Source: Paracoccaceae bacterium | Lineage (GTDB): Bacteria; Pseudomonadota; Alphaproteobacteria; Rhodobacterales; Rhodobacteraceae | Assembly: GCA_041633555.1 (NCBI GenBank) | Contig: JBFKFZ010000001.1 | Coordinates: 20,259 to 84,258 of the forward strand | Length of the DNA stretch: 64,000 bases | Reading direction: 5' to 3' | Part shown: piece by piece, positions 51,247 to 61,789 of the stretch | How positions within the stretch are numbered: position 1 is the first letter of the stretch | Layout: the number at the start of each line of letters is the position of its first letter | The notes under the pieces: generated by a model | The model's input: the letters and a program-made list of their open reading frames with translations, nothing else | Database searches by the model: none | Told to the model about the DNA's origin: nothing | Made by a program: the position numbers and the translations under genes

Positions 51247-52406
51247 CCTTCCAGCACCTCGATCTCGGGCCCTGATGGGCTCGACAGCCATTCGGCGCCA
51301 CTTTCACGGATCACGATATCTTCTTCATGCACAAGGATTTTTCCTTCTTTCAGCTCAATCCCAGGTTCCAGTGTCAGAACCATGCCGGGAACAAGAACCG
51401 TATCATCCGCCGGGATCAGCGACGGCGGCTCAGTCAGTTGCATGCCCAATCCGTGCCCCAGCCGACCGGCATCCGACCCGCCTGCCCCGCCCGTGACGAT
51501 CCGGTCCATCGCGTGAAAGAGATCCGCGGCCGTGGCGCCGGGCCGGGCGATGTCGAACGCCGCCCCTGTCGCTTCGACCAACCGGGCATGGGCGTCGCGC
51601 ACGGCGGGAGCCGGGCTTCCGAGCGCAAAATTCCGGTCGAAGTCGCAGAAATACCCGTCATGGATCAGTCCGGTATCGAGCATCAGGACATCGCCCATTT
51701 GCAGCGGCCTGTCGGTCGCCGGAGAGATCACGTCGCCATAACCGCCAGCCGCCGCGCCGCCGGCGAGATAGGGCACCCAGTCGGCGCCTTCTTCGAGGCA
51801 GAGCATCTGGAACCGGCGGAAAACTTCGCTGAGCGGAACCCCGGCCCGGGCGACCTCGGGCACACGGGGGAAGGCGCGGCCGGCGATGGCGCAGGCAGCG
51901 GCAATCTTGGCGACCTCCGCTTCGGATTTGACCATTCTCAGGCGGCGCATGATCCGGGCATCGTCCCGAACGCATCGACCCCCGATCCGGCGCTGAAAAT
52001 GGTTCCAGTCGTTCAGCGGCATTCGAAGGAAGGACTCGGCCCCGCTCGGCACCCCGATCACCCCGCCGTCGGGCACGAGGTCGGCGATGGTCTGGGCCAG
52101 CAGCGTGACGCCGTCATCCTCATAATCGGGCGAACGCCAGCAGCGCATCTCTCGGATCCAGCTTTGACCCATGAGCGCCCTGCCGATGCTCGGGATGACC
52201 GCCACAGGTTCGCCGCTCAACGGCAGGACGAGAAACCATGGTCGTGTCGGGCTTTCCCAGAAACGCGTCAGGAACCCGGTGAAATAACGTAACTCGGGTT
52301 CGGTTGTCAGCAGGAGCGCCGAAAGCCCCGCATCGCCCATCATCACCTGCGCCCGCGTCGTTCGCTCGCGGAACTCTGCTTCGGGGAAGCCTCGCGCGGC
52401 AGTCAT
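51243..52406 (-). CDS. M24-family metallohydrolase (Xaa-Pro peptidase/creatinase/ectoine-hydrolase-like)
   Basis: Creatinase-like N-domain plus M24 motifs (DFDRNF, GHGLGMQLTEPP, VLTLEPGI, HEEDIVI). Confidence 0.85.
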   Translation of the reverse strand: MTAARGFPEAEFRERTTRAQVMMGDAGLSALLLTTEPELRYFTGFLTRFWESPTRPWFLVLPLSGEPVAVIPSIGRALMGQSWIREMRCWRSPDYEDDGVTLLAQTIADLVPDGGVIGVPSGAESFLRMPLNDWNHFQRRIGGRCVRDDARIMRRLRMVKSEAEVAKIAAACAIAGRAFPRVPEVARAGVPLSEVFRRFQMLCLEEGADWVPYLAGGAAAGGYGDVISPATDRPLQMGDVLMLDTGLIHDGYFCDFDRNFALGSPAPAVRDAHARLVEATGAAFDIARPGATAADLFHAMDRIVTGGAGGSDAGRLGHGLGMQLTEPPSLIPADDTVLVPGMVLTLEPGIELKEGKILVHEEDIVIRESGAEWLSSPSGPEIEVLEG

Positions 52407-52560
52407 TGCTGGGGGGCTACCGCTTGGGCCGCGAGCGCCCGCGGCAATGGTCCAAAGCCGAGCGCACGGATTCGCAGGCCTCTGGTCAGGACCGGTCCTT
52501 GTCTGGCACCCAAGGCCTGGTGGTTCTGACTCGGGTTGCGAAAGGGGCTCTCAGGGATCT

Positions 52561-52788
52561 TCATCGGCCCATTGCACAGCGCGCCGGTGCGCAGGTCAAC
52601 AGGAATGGTCGAAAGAGCAGAACGATCTGGCCAATGGCCCCCTGGCAACCGGCGACCTTGCGCGCTGGAGTAGTCGCCGACCCGGCCAACAGGCCACTGT
52701 CGATCGTCAATTCCGCACCGGTCATGCAGGTCGCCTCGTCCGAGGCGCGCATGACGACCACCGCCGCGACCTCTTCAGTCCAGGCCAG
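52561..52788 (-). pseudogene. Remnant of the 3' end of a short-chain dehydrogenase/reductase gene
   Basis: WTEEVAAVVVMRASDEATCMTGAELTIDSGLLAG matches only the last ~35 residues of SDRs. An in-frame stop lies immediately upstream at 52789-91, with no N-terminal Rossmann part. Confidence 0.5.
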
Positions 52789-52929
52789 CTAGCGTCGGGC
52801 TCTGCTGATAAGGCAAGCCGCATCCGGCACAGCCATCGCCAATGCGAAGAAAAGATGGCGTACAGATTGCTCTGCACGCCATTCCTTCAGTCGGTTCCTG
52901 CCGCGAACGTGGTCGCGGAAAGGTTTGCC

Positions 52930-53196
52930 TCAGTTGTTCGAGCCCTGGTTCGACCCGTCGCCGAAGACGAAAGTCGGACCCGCAGCGATACGCGAGACAG
53001 CCGGAGCACCGGCGCCTGCAAGAAGCTTCTTCAGGCGTTCGGCTTCAGTTTCGTCTTCCGCCAGAACGATCTGGGAGATCTCGTTGTGAGTATACTCGCC
53101 GGCTTCGACACCAGCCGACATCTCGAGCTGAGAGGCGGCGAAGGCGGGGGAAGCAATGACGAAGGCCAGTGTTGCCAGTGTAGTCTTGGTGATCAT
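52930..53196 (-). CDS. Small secreted hypothetical protein (88 aa)
   Basis: AAAGGA Shine-Dalgarno, signal peptide MITKTTLATLAFVIASPAFA, Glu-rich mature part. Confidence 0.5.
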   Translation of the reverse strand: MITKTTLATLAFVIASPAFAASQLEMSAGVEAGEYTHNEISQIVLAEDETEAERLKKLLAGAGAPAVSRIAAGPTFVFGDGSNQGSNN

Positions 53197-53540
53197 GTTC
53201 AAGTCCTTTGTTTGGTGCGGACGAGGCCGCAGATGATTTTGGCCCGGGAGAAAGGCCAGTTATTCGGGCGTCGCTCCGGCGGCTTTGCCTGCCGATCTCG
53301 GCACCGACCCAAAGAAAGTTAGCGATTGCCATTTCTGTATAAAACTATCAGGATTGGCTATGTATCGTTCGTAATCGCACATAAGTATTTCGACGGAAGC
53401 CGCCGCCCATGCTTTCCCGCAGGAGTGGGGGATGTGCATCATGGATCACTGGCAATCGGGGACGGACCGCAAAAGGCCTACACCTGCGGCAAGGTTCGAA
53501 GTCTTGCGCGGGGTTTGCTGTCGTAAATCGTGGTCGCGCT

Positions 53541-54965
53541 TTAGTGTTTCACCATGACATGACGCACCGCCGTGTAATCCTCCAACGCGTAGAGCGACAT
53601 GTCCTTACCGTAGCCGGATCGTTTCAAGCCGCCATGCGGCATCTCGTTGACCAGCATGAAATGCGTATTGATCCAGGTGCAGCCATAGCGCAGTCGCGCC
53701 GCCGTGGACATCGCACGCCCGACATCCTTGGTCCAGATCGACGAGGCGAGGCCGTAATCACTGTCATTCGCCCAGGCGACCGCCTGATCGACTTCGCGGA
53801 AAGGCGTGACCGAAACGACCGGGCCAAAGACCTCGCGTTGCACGATCTCGTCTTCCTGCCGGGCACCGGCGATCACCGTCGGTGTGTAGTAGAACCCGTT
53901 ATCGCCGTGGGTTTTGCCGCCGGTCGTGATCTCGATATGGCTGAGGTCTCGGGCCCGTTCGACAAAGCTCGCCACCCGGTCGCGCTGACGCGCCGAGATC
54001 AGCGGGCCGATCTCGTTTTCGGTATCGTCTTCACGGGCGAAAGCAATCTGGTCCACTGCCGAAGTCAGTTCCGCGACCAGCGTCTCATAGCGTTTTTCCG
54101 ACGCATAGATCCGGCAGGCGGCAGTGCAGTCCTGACCGGCATTGTAATAGCCGAAAGCCCGCAGTCCCTCCACGACGTCGGAAATGTCGGCATCGTCGAA
54201 GATAATCACGGGCGCCTTGCCACCCAGTTCAAGATGCGTGCGCTTGACCGATTTCGATGCGGCCTGCAGCATCTTCTTGCCGGTGGCGACGTCGCCGGTC
54301 AGCGAGATCATGTCGATGCCCGGGTGATTGACCAGCAAGTCGCCAACGGTCTCTCCGCGACCGGTGACGATATTGACAACGCCTTTCGGCAGTTCTTCGG
54401 CAAGGATCCTTGCGAATTTTAACGCGGTCAACGGGGTCTGTTCCGAGGGTTTGAAGATGACGGTATTGCCGGCCGCCAGCGCCGGCGCCAGTTTCCAGGC
54501 CATCATCATCAGCGGATAGTTCCAAGGCGCGACCGAGGCGATGACGCCAACCGGATCGCGCCGGATCATCGAGGTATGACCCTCCAGATATTCCCCTGCC
54601 AGCGGCCCCGTCATGTTGCGCACGGCGCCCGCGAAATAGCGATAGGTATCGACGATTGCCGGAATCTCGTCATTGATCGCGGCGTTCACGGGCTTGCCGC
54701 AATTCAGTGCCTCGAGCCTGCCGAAGTCATCCCCTTGCGCCTCTATCCGTTCGGCGAGGCGCAGCAGGGCGGCGGAACGCTCCGACGGCGTGGTGCGCGA
54801 CCAGCCCTCAAAGGCGTCCGACGCCGCCGCGACCGCCGCCGCGACCTGCTCGACCGAGGCCTCGGGCAATTCCAGGATCGTCTCGCCGGTGCGTGGATTG
54901 AGGATCGGTTCCGCACGTTCGGTCCCGTCGGTGAACTCGCCGTTGATCAGCTGCTTGGTGTCCAT
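53541..54965 (-). CDS. NAD-dependent aldehyde dehydrogenase (gamma-aminobutyraldehyde/betaine-aldehyde dehydrogenase-like)
   Basis: [11 protein letters not shown]..., LELGGKAP and GQDCTAACR catalytic motifs. GGGAGA Shine-Dalgarno before the ATG at 54965. The 709-aa track ORF is an upstream read-through. Confidence 0.9.
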   Translation of the reverse strand: MDTKQLINGEFTDGTERAEPILNPRTGETILELPEASVEQVAAAVAAASDAFEGWSRTTPSERSAALLRLAERIEAQGDDFGRLEALNCGKPVNAAINDEIPAIVDTYRYFAGAVRNMTGPLAGEYLEGHTSMIRRDPVGVIASVAPWNYPLMMMAWKLAPALAAGNTVIFKPSEQTPLTALKFARILAEELPKGVVNIVTGRGETVGDLLVNHPGIDMISLTGDVATGKKMLQAASKSVKRTHLELGGKAPVIIFDDADISDVVEGLRAFGYYNAGQDCTAACRIYASEKRYETLVAELTSAVDQIAFAREDDTENEIGPLISARQRDRVASFVERARDLSHIEITTGGKTHGDNGFYYTPTVIAGARQEDEIVQREVFGPVVSVTPFREVDQAVAWANDSDYGLASSIWTKDVGRAMSTAARLRYGCTWINTHFMLVNEMPHGGLKRSGYGKDMSLYALEDYTAVRHVMVKH

Positions 54966-54985
54966 TGCATTTCTCCCTGAGAGTG

Positions 54986-55792
54986 TCATTTGACGCCGCC
55001 CGCGGTCTCGGAACCGCCGCGGGTGAGATAATAGGCTGCGAGGATCGGCAGGAAGGTGACGATCACCACGACCATGGCGACCACGTTCGTCACCGGGCGC
55101 TGGCGCGGGCGCACCAGTTCTTCCAGCATCCAGATCGGCAGAGTCTGCTGCTGGCCGGCGGTGAAAGTCGTCACGATCACTTCGTCGAAGCTCAGCGCGA
55201 AGGCCAGCATGCCGCCCGCCAGCAGCGCCGTGGCGATGTTCGGCAGAACGATGTAGCGAAAGGTCTGAAAGCCGTTCGCGCCGAGGTCGGCGGAAGCTTC
55301 GAGCATCGACCCCGACAGTCTGCGGAACCGCGCCACAGCGTTGTTGTAGACCACGACGATGCAGAAGGTCGCATGGCCCAAGACGATCGTGATCGTTGAG
55401 AACGGGACCTCCCCGAGATTGAAGGCAGAGCGCAGGGCGATGCCGGTGATGATCCCCGGCAAGGCGATCGGCAGGATCACCAGAAGCGACACGGCCTCTC
55501 GCCCGAAGAACTGTGCGCGGCTTACCGCGGCGGCGCAGAGCGAACCCAGCACCAGCGCGACCAGCGTCGAGACCGTCGCGACGCGGACTGAAAGCCCCAG
55601 CGCCTGCCAGACGTCGGGCCGCTTCCAGGTGACACCGAACCACTCGAGCGTCAGGCCGGGGGGCGGCCACTGATAGGTGCGATCCTCGGTCGTGAACGCG
55701 TAGACGAAGATCAGCAGGATCGGCAGGTGCAGGAATGCCAGCCCGGCAAAGGCGGCGATCTTCAGTCCCAGGGGCGCACGATCAGAGCGCAT
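54986..55792 (-). CDS. ABC transporter permease (PotC/PotI-like)
   Basis: Six-TM permease with an EAA-type loop ([22 protein letters not shown]). Confidence 0.85.
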   Translation of the reverse strand: MRSDRAPLGLKIAAFAGLAFLHLPILLIFVYAFTTEDRTYQWPPPGLTLEWFGVTWKRPDVWQALGLSVRVATVSTLVALVLGSLCAAAVSRAQFFGREAVSLLVILPIALPGIITGIALRSAFNLGEVPFSTITIVLGHATFCIVVVYNNAVARFRRLSGSMLEASADLGANGFQTFRYIVLPNIATALLAGGMLAFALSFDEVIVTTFTAGQQQTLPIWMLEELVRPRQRPVTNVVAMVVVIVTFLPILAAYYLTRGGSETAGGVK

Positions 55793-56705
55793 CGAAGGCC
55801 CCCTGCCGCTTGGCGGCCCAAAGGTACAGACCCATGATCGCGATCGGCACCACGGCAAAGGCCGCCGCCAGCGGGATGTTGCCCGCCGTGCCCTGATGCG
55901 CGAAAACCGCCTGCCCGATGAACAGCCGCGACGAGCCGATAATCTGCGGAATGATGTAATCGCCGAGCGTCAGCGAAAAGGTGAAGATCGACCCCGCTAT
56001 GATACCGGGCAGCGCTAAAGGCAGGATAACATGGCGCAATGTCTGGCCCGGTCGTCCGCCAAGATCGCTAGAGGCTTCAAGCAGGTTCTCCGGCACACGC
56101 TCAAGCGCGGCCTGCATCGGCAGGATCATGAACGGCAGCCAGACGTAGAGGAAGACGAGGAAGGTACCAATGTAGCTGACCGACAGTGAATTGCCGCCAA
56201 TCACCGGCAGCGAAAGGACGGCGGTCAACATGGCGGAAGCCCCAAGTCCATCGACGACCCAGTTCAGAATGCCTTCCTTGGCTAGAATGAGTTTCCAGGC
56301 ATAGACCTTGACCAGATAGCTGGACCAGAGGGGCAGCATGACACCGAGGTAGAAGAACGCCTTCATCCGGCCCCTGGCATAACGCGCGGCATAATAGGCA
56401 AGCGGAAAGGCGATGATCGCAGCGGCGACCGTAACGCAGGCTGCCATCAGCGTCGTGCGCAGGATGATGTCGAAATTCGAGGGGCGCAGCAATTCGGCAT
56501 AGGTCTTCAGCGTGAATTCATAGCTGATCAGGCCCGAGAACTCGTCGATCGAGAAAAAGCTCTGCACCAGAAGCGCAAGCAGCGAGCCGATATAGATCAG
56601 CCCCAGCCAGATCAGTGGAGGCGTCAGCAGCACCGCCAGCAGCAGGCGCGGTCTGCGCCAGAACGCATCGGACATCCGCGCGGTCAGGAAGGCACGACCG
56701 GTCAT
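55782..56705 (-). CDS. ABC transporter permease (PotB/PotH-like)
   Basis: EAA loop [26 protein letters not shown] overlap with the ATPase gene. Confidence 0.85.
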   Translation of the reverse strand: MTGRAFLTARMSDAFWRRPRLLLAVLLTPPLIWLGLIYIGSLLALLVQSFFSIDEFSGLISYEFTLKTYAELLRPSNFDIILRTTLMAACVTVAAAIIAFPLAYYAARYARGRMKAFFYLGVMLPLWSSYLVKVYAWKLILAKEGILNWVVDGLGASAMLTAVLSLPVIGGNSLSVSYIGTFLVFLYVWLPFMILPMQAALERVPENLLEASSDLGGRPGQTLRHVILPLALPGIIAGSIFTFSLTLGDYIIPQIIGSSRLFIGQAVFAHQGTAGNIPLAAAFAVVPIAIMGLYLWAAKRQGAFDAL

Positions 56706-57694
56706 CCCTCCTCCATCGCGTGGAGCGCGCCGTCGGGCCATGTCAGGCCGACCTTTGCGCCGTTCTCCGGCACCGGCTGAGCGGCTGGCAAGGCGGCAGT
56801 CAGAAGCGTGCCGCCCACGTCCACCGCAAGCCGGTTGACCGCGCCAAGATAGCGGGTTCCGGTCAAGGTGCCGGTCAGCCGCGCCGCGTCGGTCGCGGTC
56901 AGCGTGATCGCTTCCGGCCGCAGGCTGGCCCAATGCCGGGGGCCGCCCGCGCGCACTGCAAGATCCGGCGATAACACGTTGGCGGAACCGACAAAATCGG
57001 CGACGAACCGGCTGCCGGGCCGCTCGTAGATATCCTGTGGGCTGCCAACCTGAACAATCCGCCCCTCGTTGAACACCGCGACACGGTCGGCCATCGACAG
57101 CGCCTCGCCCTGATCGTGGGTGACGAAGATGAAGGTGATGCCGAGCGCCCGCTGCAGCGACTTCAGTTCTTCCTGCATCGCCTCGCGCAGTTTGAGGTCG
57201 AGCGCGCCCAGAGGCTCGTCGAGCAACAGCACGCGGGGCTTGTTGACAAGTGCCCGGGCAAGCGCGACGCGCTGGCGCTGACCGCCCGACAGTTCCGCGG
57301 GTTTGCGCGCGCCGTAGCCATCAAGCTTGACAAGCCCCAGCATATCGTCGGCAGCAGCGTGCCTGTTGCGCCGGTTGGCGCCCTTGACCATCAGCCCGTA
57401 GGCGACATTGTCGCGCACGTTCAGATGCGGGAAGAGGGCATAATCCTGAAACACCGTGTTCACCGGACGCCGGTTTGGCGGCACGTTCTCCGAATTCTCC
57501 CCGAAGATGCGGACGTGGCCCATGCTGGGCCGCTCAAATCCCGAAATCAGCCGCAGGCAGGTGGTCTTGCCCGATCCGGACGGGCCGAGCATGGCGAAAA
57601 AGCCGCCCTCCTCAATGGCGACCGACACGTCGTTAACGGCCCGGACAGCCCCGAAATGACGCGAGACATGATCGAATTCAACTGCTGTGGACAT
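56702..57694 (-). CDS. ABC transporter ATP-binding protein (PotA/PotG-like)
   Basis: Walker A GPSGSGKTT, signature LSGGQRQRVALARA, Walker B LLLDEP. Confidence 0.9.
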   Translation of the reverse strand: MSTAVEFDHVSRHFGAVRAVNDVSVAIEEGGFFAMLGPSGSGKTTCLRLISGFERPSMGHVRIFGENSENVPPNRRPVNTVFQDYALFPHLNVRDNVAYGLMVKGANRRNRHAAADDMLGLVKLDGYGARKPAELSGGQRQRVALARALVNKPRVLLLDEPLGALDLKLREAMQEELKSLQRALGITFIFVTHDQGEALSMADRVAVFNEGRIVQVGSPQDIYERPGSRFVADFVGSANVLSPDLAVRAGGPRHWASLRPEAITLTATDAARLTGTLTGTRYLGAVNRLAVDVGGTLLTAALPAAQPVPENGAKVGLTWPDGALHAMEEG

Positions 57695-57758
57695 GTAGCT
57701 TCCGCATCGTTGGCCCGGCGGTCAGCGCTGCCGGGCCGGATTTCGGGTCGGGGACTGA

Positions 57759-58916
57759 TCAGCGGCCGCCGATCACGCCGATATAGTCGGATACCCAGCG
57801 ATAATAAGGCACGCATTCGCCCTGGCTTTGGCATTTGCTGACCGGGGTGGTCCAGAACTTGATCTTCTCGAAATCGTCGAGACCGTTCTTGGTGCAGCCA
57901 TCTGCGGTCTGCATTCCGCGCCCGTCGGTGCAGGCGGCCGGCACCGCCGGGTTGGCGCCGAACCAGACCGACAGGTCGGACTGCAGGTTCGAGGCCAGCG
58001 AATGTTCCATCCACATGTAGGCGCAGTTGGGATGTGCCGCATCGACATGCATCATCGTGGTATCCGCCCAGCCCGTCGCCCCCTCTACCGGGATGACCGA
58101 GCCGATCGGCTCGCTTTCGCTCTGAAGGATGTTCACCTGGAAGGGCCAAGACCCCGAGGCCACGACGCCTTCGTTCTTGAAATCATCCATCTGGATGAAG
58201 GCATCGTGCCAGTAGCGGTTGACCAGGGTGCGCTGCGTCCGCAGTAGATCGAGAGCTGCGGCATATTGATCCGCGTTCAACTCGTAAGGCGAGGTGATGC
58301 CAAGCTCGGGCTTGTGATGCATCAGGTAATTGGCGGCGTCCGCGACGTGGATCGGCCCGTCATAGGCTTGCACCCTCCCCTCGTTCGATTGGCCGTCCGG
58401 CAATGTCGTCGGCTCGAACACCACGCTCCACGAAGTCGGCGGCGCGTCGCCGAAAACCTCGCTATTGTACATCAGTACGTTCGGACCCCACATGTAGGGT
58501 GTCCCGTAATGGATGCCGTCGACGGTGTGCCAAGGCGCGTCCTTCAGCCGGTCATCGACCGTCGGCCAGGACGGGATGAGGTCGACGTTGATCGGCTGAA
58601 CCCGCTTGCCGGCGATCAGCCGAAGCGAGGCATCGCCGGAAGCAGTCACCAGATCGAAGCCGCCCTCGTTCATCAAGGCCACCATTTCATCCGACGTGTT
58701 GGCGGTCTTGACGTTGACCCTGCAGCCCGAGGCCTCTTCGAACTTCGTGACCCAGTCGAAATCGGCCGAGGTTTCGCCGCGCTCGATGTAGCCGGGCCAG
58801 GCCACGATATCGACCTGACCTTCGCCGGGGCCGACCTCGGTCTTCATCTCTGCCAGAACCGGCTGTGCGGCCGCGAGCGCTGCGACGGCGGCGGATATCA
58901 GAAAGCGTGCAGTCAT
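57759..58916 (-). CDS. Periplasmic substrate-binding protein (spermidine/putrescine PotD/PotF-like)
   Basis: Signal peptide MTARFLISAAVAALAAAQPVLA. First gene of the ABC operon. Confidence 0.8.
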   Translation of the reverse strand: MTARFLISAAVAALAAAQPVLAEMKTEVGPGEGQVDIVAWPGYIERGETSADFDWVTKFEEASGCRVNVKTANTSDEMVALMNEGGFDLVTASGDASLRLIAGKRVQPINVDLIPSWPTVDDRLKDAPWHTVDGIHYGTPYMWGPNVLMYNSEVFGDAPPTSWSVVFEPTTLPDGQSNEGRVQAYDGPIHVADAANYLMHHKPELGITSPYELNADQYAAALDLLRTQRTLVNRYWHDAFIQMDDFKNEGVVASGSWPFQVNILQSESEPIGSVIPVEGATGWADTTMMHVDAAHPNCAYMWMEHSLASNLQSDLSVWFGANPAVPAACTDGRGMQTADGCTKNGLDDFEKIKFWTTPVSKCQSQGECVPYYRWVSDYIGVIGGR

Positions 58917-59054
58917 TTCGAATTCTCCCTTGTTTTTGCAAACCGCAAACCCGGCGGGTCCTGTGCCCGCACCTATGCCGGTGTCAAGTCTGCCGCCAAT
59001 CCTGAAATTCGCAAATACAAAATTCAGAACGGCTTTATCGGTTTTTCCGATATC

Positions 59055-59960
59055 TCAGGGATGCATCCGAAACGAGTTCTGCGCCAGCCGAACGAAATCG
59101 CGGGCCAGATCCGGCAATGGCGCGCCGCGCCGCCAGGCCATGCCGACCTGTACGGTCGGCAGATCACCCGAGACATCGCGGATCTCGATCCGGTCGCCCT
59201 CGAGCGACCAGGGACGGTAGATCAGATCCGGCAGGATCGCGACGCCCATGCCGGTTGCGACAAGGCTGCGTACGGCTTCGACCGACCTTGTGCGGAAGGC
59301 GACATGGGGCCGCGCCCCTAACGATGCGAGCAGGCGGGACGTGCTTTCCTCGATCTCCTCGACCGACAGCATGATCATCGGTTCCTGCGCAACTTCGTCG
59401 AGGCCGATTGCCTCCTTGGCGGCCAGCGGATGTCCCAGTGGCAACCACAGCCTCATGGCAGAAGCGGCAATGCTCTCGACCTGAAAGGCGTTGCGGTTAT
59501 GCAGGTTCGAGACCATCAGGAAGGCGACATCGATCTCGCCCCCGACCAGCAGATGTTCCAAATATTCGCCGGTATCCTCGATGGCCGAGACCCGCACGGC
59601 TGGAAAGGCACGCCGGAACCGCGATAGCGCCTCGGCAAGGCCGTAGCCCGCGACCAGCGAGGTCACGCCCAGCCGTATTTCACCCTCGCGCTGATCCGCG
59701 CCGACCATGAAGGATCGGCGCGCGTCCGAGACATCGTCGCGGATCTTTCGGGCATGCCGCAGGAACTGCTGGCCGGCATTCGTGATCTCGATCCCCCGCG
59801 CCCTGCGTTCGCACAGTGCAATGCCGAGATCCGCCTCGAGCGCCTTGATCGCTTCTGTGACGGACGATTGCGAGATCGAAAGCGACTTCGCAGCACCCGA
59901 CACGCTGCCCTGTTCTGCCGCCGCGACGAAAAGCTGAAGCTGTCTGAGGGTGAAGGCCAT
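59055..59960 (-). CDS. LysR-family transcriptional regulator
   Basis: HTH region LRQLQLFVAAAEQGSVSGAAKSLSISQSSVTEAIKALE. Confidence 0.9.
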   Translation of the reverse strand: MAFTLRQLQLFVAAAEQGSVSGAAKSLSISQSSVTEAIKALEADLGIALCERRARGIEITNAGQQFLRHARKIRDDVSDARRSFMVGADQREGEIRLGVTSLVAGYGLAEALSRFRRAFPAVRVSAIEDTGEYLEHLLVGGEIDVAFLMVSNLHNRNAFQVESIAASAMRLWLPLGHPLAAKEAIGLDEVAQEPMIMLSVEEIEESTSRLLASLGARPHVAFRTRSVEAVRSLVATGMGVAILPDLIYRPWSLEGDRIEIRDVSGDLPTVQVGMAWRRGAPLPDLARDFVRLAQNSFRMHP

Positions 59961-60153
59961 GGCCGAAAGAGATCCGCGCGAATACGTCAGTCGCATTAAT
60001 GCGCCAAACGCGTGCCATTACCAGTCGGCATCTCGGCGGGGATGAGCCGAGACGGGTTGCAGGCAATCGCGATGGCAGGGCGGCTCGGACCGCCAACCTT
60101 CATGGACGCCTCGACCAACCGCCATTGCCAAAGGCGCTCCCGGGCCTGCTCGA

Positions 60154-61065
60154 CTAGGCCACGCAACCGGCGACCGCCTTGAGGTGAACCTCGAATTCCG
60201 GTGAGGCCATCAGCGCCCGGCACCGCGCGAAACGCCCGTCGGAATAGGCCCGGAAGTCGTCGGCGGGGTTTTCATTGGCCAGCTGTATCAGCCCCCAAAG
60301 GGTCCAGAGCAGGTCGCACATCGCCTTGTAGATCACCATCCTGCCGTGATCCTGCAGCGAGGGCGGGCCATCGAAATAGGCCAACAACATCTCTTCGTCC
60401 TGCGCCGGCTCGAACCCGGCCTCGACCGACAGGTCACCCAAATCCCACATCGGGTCATTCATGCCCGAATATTCCCAGTCGACAATCCACATAAGGTCGC
60501 CGGTGTCGAGGAAGTTCTCGCAGAGCGGATCACAATGGCACGGGGCGAGAGGCACCGGGTGTCTGGCGAGCGCGGCACGGACGGTTTCCGCTTCCGCCAG
60601 AATCCCGTGGTAGCCGTCGGGCAGCGCCACGTCCTTGCCGGAAAGAATACTCAGATAGTCGTCGATCATCGCGAAAAGCTCGAACCGAAACGGGAAGACC
60701 GCGTCCGAGGAATGCAGCTTGCGAAAGGCCCACGCGGCCCGTGAAGGGGCGCCCTTGCGGGACCGAAATGACGAAGGCGTCATGGTCACCGCCCCTTCGA
60801 CATAGCGCGTGACCATCAGTCCGGTCGCGGCATCGGCATGGATTAGGGCCGGACTCACCCCCGCCTTCGCGGCAGCTTCGGCAGCAACGGCCTCGTTCTT
60901 GCGGTCGATATAGTCGTCGGTGCCCGCGCCGGGCAGTCGCAGCACGTGATCGCCGGCCCGATAGACCCGGTTGGTCAGCCCGCCCATCCGTTCCAGCGGA
61001 CCGTCATAGGCCGCCAGGGCGGGGATCGTCGCCAAGGCGCTGCGGGCGTCGGTGTCGTCGGACAT
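60154..61065 (-). CDS. Choline/ethanolamine kinase-like phosphotransferase (APH family)
   Basis: Brenner and kinase motifs PCHCDPLCENFL and IVDWEYSGMNDPMWDLG. Confidence 0.8.
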   Translation of the reverse strand: MSDDTDARSALATIPALAAYDGPLERMGGLTNRVYRAGDHVLRLPGAGTDDYIDRKNEAVAAEAAAKAGVSPALIHADAATGLMVTRYVEGAVTMTPSSFRSRKGAPSRAAWAFRKLHSSDAVFPFRFELFAMIDDYLSILSGKDVALPDGYHGILAEAETVRAALARHPVPLAPCHCDPLCENFLDTGDLMWIVDWEYSGMNDPMWDLGDLSVEAGFEPAQDEEMLLAYFDGPPSLQDHGRMVIYKAMCDLLWTLWGLIQLANENPADDFRAYSDGRFARCRALMASPEFEVHLKAVAGCVA

Positions 61066-61147
61066 GGGATGGCCTTCTCGAAATGGTTTCGTGGTTGTCG
61101 ATGCCACGCTACTGTGGTGCATCTTTTTGGGCAAACCGAGATCCCGC

Positions 61148-61783
61148 ATGACAACCGAACCTGGCCACAAGGGACATCTGGGGGCCGTCTATGAGGCCGC
61201 GGAGCCCCTGGACGTGGCGCGTATTTATGATGATTGGGCGACCACCTATGACGCCGAGATGGCCGAGGCGGGCTACCGGCATCCGTCGATCTGCCTCGCG
61301 CTCCTGGCCCGGCATTTGCCGCGAGGGGCTGCCCCCCTGCTCGATGCCGGTGCCGGAACCGGACTCGTCGGGGCGTGGCTCGGCATCATCGGCTATCCGC
61401 AGGTGGAGGCGCTGGACATCTCGCCGGGGATGCTTGCGGTCGCCGCGCGGAAAGGCAATTACCAGGCATTTCACAACCTCGCATTGGGCGGCGCGCTCCC
61501 CTTCGCAGATGTCGAGTTCGCGGGCATCGTCTCTGCAGGGGTCTTCACCACCGGTCATGTCGGGGCCGAGGCGCTGGAAGAGCTGATCCGCATCTGCCGT
61601 CCCGGAGGTGTGCTGGTCCTGACGGTCAAGACGACGCTTTGGGATGGCGGATTTGCCAGCCGCGTCGAGGAGCTTGTGGCGGCGGGCAGCATTACCCTCG
61701 CCGAACAGACCGACCCCTATCTCTCCATGCCGAACGAGCCCGGCACGGTTCCGAGCCTCGCCGTCGTGCTGGCTGTGCGCTGA
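61148..61783 (+). CDS. Class I SAM-dependent methyltransferase
   Basis: Motif I LLDAGAGTGLVG. 211 aa. Confidence 0.8.
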   Translation: MTTEPGHKGHLGAVYEAAEPLDVARIYDDWATTYDAEMAEAGYRHPSICLALLARHLPRGAAPLLDAGAGTGLVGAWLGIIGYPQVEALDISPGMLAVAARKGNYQAFHNLALGGALPFADVEFAGIVSAGVFTTGHVGAEALEELIRICRPGGVLVLTVKTTLWDGGFASRVEELVAAGSITLAEQTDPYLSMPNEPGTVPSLAVVLAVR

Positions 61784-61789
61784 TCAGGA

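Noticed and set aside
54966-55670. N-terminal 235-residue extension of the aldehyde dehydrogenase ORF (709-aa track ORF)
   Set aside because: The extension is Arg-rich and overlaps the potC-like permease gene in another frame. The ALDH family starts at [11 protein letters not shown], with a GGGAGA Shine-Dalgarno at 54965.
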